The translations under genes were made by a program, and so were the position numbers. Below, one piece after another: positions 31,094 to 32,000 of a stretch of DNA of 32,000 nucleotides. Within the stretch, counting starts at the first letter, position 1. Each line of letters starts with the position of its first letter. Below the pieces are notes generated by a model, which made no database searches, was not told where the DNA came from, and saw nothing but the letters and a program-made list of their open reading frames with translations. The DNA comes from Horticoccus luteus (GTDB lineage: Bacteria; Verrucomicrobiota; Verrucomicrobiia; Opitutales; Opitutaceae), in assembly GCF_019464535.1 (NCBI RefSeq), contig NZ_CP080507.1, forward strand, positions 3,750,001-3,782,000, given 5' to 3'.

Positions 31094-32000
31094 ATGGCCG
31101 CCCTCGACCATCTCCTCACCGCCATGCTCGCGCAGGGCGGATCCGACCTGCACCTCACCATCGGCCTGCCGCCCAAAATCCGCGCCTCCGGTGCCCTCGT
31201 GCCGCTCAACGACATCATCCTCGAGCCGCCCGCGATGGAGGCCCTCCTCAAGGAAATCTGCCCCGCCAAACGCTGGGAAGAGTTTCTCGAACGCAAAGAC
31301 CTCGACCTCGCCCACGAAATCCCCGGCGTCGCCCGCTTCCGTGCCAACTTCCTCTACAACCACTGGGGCCAGGCCGCCGTTTTTCGCCAGATACCCGCCA
31401 AAATTCTCTCGTTCGACGAACTCAAGCTGCCCGCCGCGCTGAAAAAACTCTGCCACCTCAACGAGGGCCTCGTCGTCGTCACCGGGCCCACCGGCTCCGG
31501 CAAATCCACGACACTCGCGGCGATGATCGACTATATTAACACGAACCTCTGCAAACACATCATCACGATCGAGGATCCGATCGAGTTCGTGCATCCGGTT
31601 AAAAAATCCGTCATCGTCCATCGCGAAGTCGGCGAGCACACCGAATCCTTCGGCGCCGCCCTCAAAGGCGCGATGCGCCACGACCCCGACATCCTCCTCC
31701 TCGGCGAGATGCGCGAAATGGAAACGATCAAGCTCGCGCTCGGCTGCGCCTCGATGGGCATGCTCGTCTTCGGCACGCTTCACACCAACAACGCCGCCAA
31801 GACCGTCGACCGCATCATCAACACCTTTCCCGGCGACGAGCAGAACCAGGTGCGCGTCATGCTCGCGAGCTGCCTCTCCGGCGTGGTCGCCCAGCTCCTC
31901 TGCAAACGCATTCCCACGGGCCGCTGCGCCGTCCACGAGATTTTGCTCACGCATGAGGCGCTGCCCAACACCATCCGCAGCGGCCAGATCGCCAATATCA
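31094..32000 (+). CDS. pilT: Twitching-motility ATPase PilT, 3'-truncated by the window edge (absent from the ORF track)
   Basis: I translated it by hand from the ATG at 31094 and found no stop to base 32000. The product reads MAALDHLLTAMLAQGGSDLHLTIGLPPKIRASGAL...GPTGSGKSTTLAAMIDYIN...HIITIEDPIEFVH...DPDILLLGEMREMETI...VFGTLHTNNAAKTVDRII...AVHEILL...IRSGQI. The motif set is canonical PilT, with no N-terminal extension. Confidence 0.92.
   Translation, partial: MAALDHLLTAMLAQGGSDLHLTIGLPPKIRASGALVPLNDIILEPPAMEALLKEICPAKRWEEFLERKDLDLAHEIPGVARFRANFLYNHWGQAAVFRQIPAKILSFDELKLPAALKKLCHLNEGLVVVTGPTGSGKSTTLAAMIDYINTNLCKHIITIEDPIEFVHPVKKSVIVHREVGEHTESFGAALKGAMRHDPDILLLGEMREMETIKLALGCASMGMLVFGTLHTNNAAKTVDRIINTFPGDEQNQVRVMLASCLSGVVAQLLCKRIPTGRCAVHEILLTHEALPNTIRSGQIANI

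Noticed and set aside
1-32000. Window-wide search for CRISPR arrays, rRNA/tRNA genes, IS elements, integrases, toxin-antitoxin pairs or recognisable anti-phage systems
   Set aside because: I found none. There are no spaced direct repeats, no transposase/integrase/recombinase-like ORFs, no AT-rich island and no compositional break. The region looks like core chromosome.

Overview
This is a GC-rich bacterial chromosomal window. Every credible reading frame shows a strong G/C preference at third codon positions, so most overlapping ORFs in the six-frame track are shadow ORFs. I support about 28 protein-coding genes, two rho-independent terminators and a few in-gene repeats. I see no rRNA, tRNA, CRISPR array, transposase, integrase or prophage signature. 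The gene content looks like a Verrucomicrobiota (Opitutales-like) or similar PVC-group organism, but that is inference only. Gene order, left to right: GH78-like six-hairpin glycosidase (5'-truncated), MarC, Pro-rich single-pass membrane protein, small lipoprotein and RarD, FKBP isomerase, UDG-superfamily protein, RRM/Gly-rich RNA-binding protein, Hsp15-like S4 protein, DUF3016 protein, a 948-aa LamG/FG-GAP secreted protein, YdeP-family molybdoenzyme, small 2-TM protein, DUF5069-gluconokinase fusion, membrane-anchored penicillin-acylase-family Ntn hydrolase, nucleoside 2-deoxyribosyltransferase-like protein, Upp, a five-gene minus-strand operon, Tex, short HPF/RaiA, Ca2+/H+ antiporter, MetY, then two tandem PilT-family ATPases. 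The five-gene operon reads SBP-like, TPR-like, SBP-like, TPR-like, then a CxxS thioredoxin-fold protein. The second PilT gene runs off the window end and is missing from the ORF track. The best candidate for an undescribed system is that operon at 18136-23564: a tandemly duplicated, translationally coupled SBP + TPR-like module with no ABC permease or ATPase nearby. Nothing in the window matches a canonical defence or mobile system, and all functional calls rest on motif recognition by eye, not database searches.
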